DNA of 63,968 bases, counting the filler, from Octopus bimaculoides (taxonomy: Eukaryota): the NCBI RefSeq assembly GCF_001194135.2. It is 4 parts of 4 records of this genome, joined end to end, with 100 filler letters (N's around TTAATTAATTAA, not from the genome) between each part and the next. Parts side by side here need not be neighbours in the genome. Positions count along the whole stretch, not along the records: positions 46,674 to 62,835 come from NC_069002.1; positions 62,936 to 63,968 come from NW_026438230.1; 2 more parts are not named here. One strand, 5' to 3'. How positions within the stretch are numbered: position 1 is the first letter of the stretch; the number at the start of each line of letters is the position of its first letter. Position numbers and translations under genes: made by a program. Below, piece after piece: positions 62,061-63,968 of this stretch. The notes below the pieces were generated by a model. That model was given only the letters and a program-made list of their open reading frames with translations, made no database searches and was not told the DNA's origin.

Positions 62061-62835
62061 GAAGTAAATAGACACCTTTAATTTTCAAAATTTCTGATCT
62101 AAGCGTCTTAATATGTTTTCAGCGGTGTAGAATTTAAAATGTAATCATTATTTTTCATTCCAGGTGCCATTATATTAAACATTTGCGAAGAGTAACGATG
62201 CCACACACAAAAAATTCCGCAGAACTGTCAGATTTTCAAAGAGGTTGTATTGTTGGGCAATCTGAGGCTAGTCTTAGCCAGCGAAAAATTGCCGAAAATC
62301 TTCAAATTCCTCTTGCTACTGTTAATAGAATTATAGTACAATTCAAAAGCTAAGGAAAAGAATCAACAGATTCTCGTCCCGGCCGACCTTGGCCATCGGA
62401 AAGGAAGCTTCGTTGTTTGAAGAGAATTGTGGAAAAAGAAAGCCCGTTCGAAGGCTTCTGATATTGCAAAACAGCTAGAAGTTTGTCCAAGAACGTGTGT
62501 TACATATCTGCATAAGCTTGGGTATTATGGACGAGCAGCTAGAAGAAAACCTCTCCTTCAGCTAATTAATATCATGAAAAGAAAGACATGGGCTAAGGAG
62601 ATGTCGGAAAAATCCAGTTCATTTTGGGATAGAGTGATTTTCTCAGATGAATCCAGATATGCATTATTTTCAGACAGTGGACGTGTTTGGGTCTGGAGGC
62701 TTCCCAATCAAGAATTTGATTTGAAACGACGCCAACCAACTGTGAAACATGGCGGTATCTCTGTAATGGTATGGGGAGCTGTCACCAGCAATGGTCGTTC
62801 CGAGCTGATCGAATGTGTTGGAACCATAAACTCTA
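62058..62835 (+). mobile_element. Tc1-family DNA transposon, 5' half (left TIR, HTH region, start of DDE domain), cut by a scaffold spacer
   Basis: Left TIR caggaagtaaatagacacctttaattttcaaaat. ATG at 62198 ([20 protein letters not shown]), in-frame TAA at 62351, frameshift near 62435, GRP motif, [12 protein letters not shown]. Nearly identical to 24800-25010 in the overlap. Confidence 0.92.
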
Positions 62836-62879
62836 NNNNNNNNNNNNNNNNNNNNNNNNNNNNNNNNNNNNNNNNNNNN

Positions 62880-62891
62880 TTAATTAATTAA
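62880..62891. other. Synthetic linker in scaffold spacer 62836-62935
   Basis: N44-TTAATTAATTAA-N44. Confidence 0.95.
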
Positions 62892-63968
62892 NNNNNNNNN
62901 NNNNNNNNNNNNNNNNNNNNNNNNNNNNNNNNNNNTATAAGATGTAGTGTACTCAGAGTTGAGTGCTTGTACATCAAATAGCTTCTTCAGAGCTTCTAAA
63001 ATCAAGTGCATGTTTATTTGGAAAAGCATTTACATAGATGGAAAGGATCATCAGAGAAGATACCAAACTACATAAGAAATAGAATACACACACACACACA
63101 CTCATACACAAGATCATAAAGTTAGTAGTTATGAGTAGTGGATATATATTTACTTAAATGACTAAACAGAACAGGGGGAAACACATGGATGAAAGAGTCA
63201 TTGAAGAGGTCACAGATGGGTGATGAAATATTGCCATAAGATAAAATATGAACAATAATTTTTGTTCTTATTAATAAACAAGTGAAGAACAATTGTATAA
63301 TGTGTGTGTTTATTTGGCAAGAAAAAATGACCATCCTGAAATATAACAACTTCCATAGGATTATGGCCATTTCACAAACTTCTTCATGTGATATTAATTT
63401 CAGTATGGAGGAAATTATGTGAACATGTTTGCATTGATATACATGCTCAGCAATATNNNNNNNNNNATACAATGGTATATTCACAAATGGAGGCAAATAA
63501 AGAAAGCTAGCTCACCAGATCACTGGAACATCATAGTTACACCAACAATTCAGGAATTTTTCCCCCACCTCCCCCTCTTTGCCTTCATGTGAACTCCCTA
63601 CTCCCTACTCATACCCCCTGAGCAATCCTCTACCATCTCATTCATATCCTTATCCCCATACCTTAAGAGTATGCCCTGGCACATCACCACCATCTCTCTC
63701 TCTCTTGCACTCTCACACTTACTCATTNNNNNNNNNNCTCTCTTTCTGTCTTTCTTTCACTCTCTCCCTTTTATTGGTATAGCCATATATTTCCTCTACA
63801 GAATGATACCTGCTTCTTTCCCTCTGTCACACTCTAACCTCTCATCAGTTAGAAAAGGCCACTTCGGCCAGTACCCCCACTGCTAAAAAGATCTTTGTTT
63901 TGCAAGTTACTTGGTGACCCTGTCAAAGCTGGTGTCATGTAAAAAACATTCAGTCCACACTGTAAAAT

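Overview
Eukaryotic, microsatellite- and repeat-saturated, gap-rich draft DNA. The SINE/LINE families and (CA)n/(TA)n/(TATG)n density look like an Octopus genome (from recall, not a search). The window is four pieces joined by synthetic 100-bp spacers, N44-TTAATTAATTAA-N44, at 25972-26071, 46574-46673 and 62836-62935, so adjacency across those joins is not directly sequenced. One protein-coding gene is firmly supported: the 3' ~60% of SRP72 (signal recognition particle 72 kDa subunit), + strand, 11 coding exons from 47645 to the TAA ending at 56392. The exons chain in phase through ~409 codons, and I found no 5' exons in the window. Intron 51676-53082 is a U12-type (minor spliceosome) GT-AG intron. 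The rest is decayed mobile DNA: two copies of one Tc1 DD34E family, mariner and maT-like fragments, Tigger-, hAT- and foldback-type MITEs, RLE-type (HERO-like, R4/Dong-like), RTE and CR1-like LINE fragments, and several tRNA-derived SINE families. Almost all ORFs in the supplied track are microsatellite or N-gap artefacts. There is no CRISPR, rRNA or bona fide tRNA gene. I did not find a confidently novel system. The best leads are the minor intron, near-identical inverted repeats in SRP72 introns (candidate dsRNA/ADAR substrates), a recurring class of (TA)n-flanked hairpins, and a few unexplained exon-like or promoter-like islands.
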